The notes beneath the pieces are model-generated. The model worked only from the letters and a program-made list of their open reading frames with translations. It was not told the origin of the DNA and did not search any database. 64,000 nt of DNA from Catajapyx aquilonaris (Eukaryota): NCBI GenBank assembly GCA_000934665.2, contig KZ538355.1:1-64000 (forward strand), in the 5' to 3' direction. The translations under genes were made by a program, and so were the position numbers. Shown here piece by piece: positions 61,384 to 64,000 of the stretch; the stretch's first letter is position 1, and each line of letters opens with the position of its first letter.

Positions 61384-62500
61384 GGTTAATAACTTGCGCG
61401 CATGTAAGCAAAGCAACAACAGCTCATTATTCTCTGCAGAAAATAACGAGTCGAATAAAAATTCCGACACAATTCCTGTGGATCACGGTTCCTTTCCAAT
61501 TACCAAAGGTCACGTACTACATGCAGAACAGTAACTCAAGAATTACTAACTGTGGCTTTTACGAGTGATAGTCATAAATCATTTTGCACGTGTGTGGTTG
61601 CGTGTACCTAGAGACAGGAAAAAAATCATGCACGGATGGGTGTGACAACGAATCCCATGTTTTAACTTATCGATGCTCTGCCAGTAGATACGCCATATCA
61701 TGAGCATCCGAAAAGTTCTGCTGTAATGTTGAGGATAAAGATACACGGTCTGTGTACTGTACACATGCAATGGTTGTACGCTTGTACCTTAATCGTTGTC
61801 CCTTCCTACAGTGCCAATCACCTGTATTACTCCGCCATATACAAATGACGCTTCGTGTCCCATAGCTTAATTAGTATCGTTGGCCCACTTGATATTCTAA
61901 AGGGCTTGTTTCTCCAGGCAAATTACCACCCAAAGTGAAGCAGGGCTTCTTATTGGAAAACAGAGCGATTAAATTGATGGACTGGTTAGTAAATGCTCCG
62001 TCCTTGATATGGGCTTCGTCAAAACATACCAATTAAGGTATCGAGCAAAGTTGACTCTCCTCATAAAATGTTGCAAAGTATTCACATTCGCTGCGTGTAA
62101 GGGCTGTGTCGCACTGGGCTGAATTTACGGGCAGATAATTTGAAACAGTTATAATGGTAGGTGCTTATGGGGAGCTTTTTCAGAAGCAGCGTTTTTTTCT
62201 GGAGTAGGCCCTACTGTCCGCAAAATATTTTCGTTCCTCATATTAGCCTATGCTCTCGGGAAATTCAGGCCTCCGTTTGATATCATGGCTTTGACGCTGA
62301 CCAAAAAAATTGCATACAAACAGCGATAACTAGATCATATTCTCGGTTAAATTTATATTATTTTATTTATTTAAGTACCCCGTGATCAAGTAATACTGTA
62401 CAACCGGTGTGGGGGACATAAAATAGGATATAAAATTTTGTTAAACATGGCTGGATGCTTAAAAAATAATCCAGTTTACGAACCGACACTGACGTCTATA

Positions 62501-63511
62501 AGGGAACCCCGCGAAGTGCTACGCGAACTTCATGTTGATTTTTTTTTCTTCTGGTTCCTTATACCTGCTAGAAAGAAAGTACCCTTTCGGAGAAATCCTC
62601 GATCTCAAGGGTTTTTGATATACGGGGGTCAAAAGGTCAAAAATGAAACACTTTATGAAAGGCCCTGAGGAAGCAATCATTAGTGCTATTGGCGGGATTC
62701 TTGGTACTTAACAGTTTCTTGGGATGGGGATTATAAGCCCGAAATTGTAAATGATACTTCTCAAGGGGCCGGATGGGGGAGAGGTGGGCGGCAAAAAAAA
62801 AAAAATCGGTATTTTCAACGGGTGGTAAGGGTGAGCGCATGGAAGGAGCACGGCATGGGTCCGAAAGGCCAGCAACAATCCGTTTTGGAGATGTCGACCC
62901 TTCACATCGACGATGTCCATCCTGACAAGTGTGGATACGCCTGCATTGCTGGTTGCCGGGGCTAGGGGCTCGCAACATCAGACCGTAGCTCAACCTTGAG
63001 CTCAACCGCCTGGATCCGGCCACAAGCAATGCATGCATGCACAGGGGTATCCACACATGTCAGGATGGACATCGTCGATGTCAAGGGTCGACATCTCCAC
63101 TCCAAAACGAATTGTTGCTGGCCTTTCGGACCCATGCCATGCTCCTTCCATGCGCACTCGCTACAACCCGTTGAAAATACCAATTTTAAATAATTTTTTG
63201 CCGCCCACCTCCCCCCATCCCGCCACTTGAGAAGTATCCTTAACTTGCATAATTCACCACTTCCGACTTCGCCATTATATTCCCCATTCCAAGAAACTGA
63301 TGAGAAGCCTACCAAGAATCCCACCGATAGCACTAATGATAACTTCCTCTGGGCCTTTCATAAACTGTTCCATTTTTGACCTTTTGACCCCCGTATCTCC
63401 AAAACCCTTGAGATCGAGGATTTCTCCGGAAGGGGACTTTCTTTCTAGCAGGAAAGGAACCAGAAAAAAATCTATATTTCAACATTCGCGTATCACTTCG
63501 CGAGGTTCCCT
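62501..63511. mobile_element. Approximately 1-kb foldback (palindromic) non-autonomous DNA transposon
   Basis: AGGGAACCCCGCGAAGTGCTACGCGAA ... TTCGCGTATCACTTCGCGAGGTTCCCT; arms complementary over about 450 bp with a spacer of about 95 bp. Confidence 0.9.
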
Positions 63512-64000
63512 TTACCTACATTTACAAATAATGAAAAACATTTGAAGTCATCATTTTCATATGTTGATCGGGTGGAAACTGGGAGATGTCGTGTAGATTA
63601 TGTTGCCATGGTTGGCGAAAAATTAATTCTCAAGTGCTTCGACTTATTTCTTAAGTTGATGGCCATTCTTGTGTGTGAAATGGGAAGACCATTATAATCA
63701 AAATAATACTCTTGAGGTGTATTAATTTTACATTTATAATTTTCGTACATATGAGTGTTTTATAATTTGTACAATAGTTCCTTTCTCCGTTTATCTTCTG
63801 TTTTTAAATATTGGTATGAAGATCCACTTCGATAAAATCCCATGGAATACCACTATCAGAGAATAACTTTTTTCCAGCACTGATCCAGTTATGAGATTCA
63901 GTTGATTTGCTATTTGAAATTGACAGAGAGTAGGCCCTACCATAGGCTAACTTCAAAGTATTGTTTTGAGATTTGATCATTAAGTTGACTGGCAGTTGTT

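Noticed and set aside
41000..64000. Many short ORFs (60-195 aa) as nested genes or Cav3 N-terminal exons
   Set aside because: No recognisable domains; several come from repeats (MITE arms, SINEs, microsatellites).

Overview
Eukaryotic, arthropod-like (probably insect) genomic DNA. Nearly the whole window is one minus-strand gene, a T-type voltage-gated calcium channel alpha1 subunit (Cav3 / Ca-alpha1T). I traced about 30 phase-consistent exons from domain I S1 (40981) to a likely stop at 4644. They cover all four domains, the EEDD selectivity filter, the gating brake and the APRASPE motif. The first coding exon(s) are not in the window: the most 5' exon seen is preceded by a minor-spliceosome (U12, AC-ending) acceptor of an intron that appears to be over 23 kb. 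Domain II has the mutually exclusive turret exons 12a (3 Cys) and 12b (5 Cys), 10.9 kb apart. The most novel-looking signal is a 27-nt element just upstream of 12b. It can base-pair either with the branch-point/pyrimidine tract of 12a (about 21 bp, long range) or with a similar local sequence (about 20 bp hairpin), so it is a candidate competing-RNA-structure splicing switch. Other points of interest are a 31-aa alternative-donor extension of the III-IV linker, a candidate in-frame cassette exon in the proximal C-terminus, an intronic tRNA-Gln-derived gene with an 8-nt CCUA-containing anticodon loop, and a Tigger4/Zombi-like transposon end. The introns also hold many MITEs and SINEs. All alignments and pairings were done by eye and no database searches were run.
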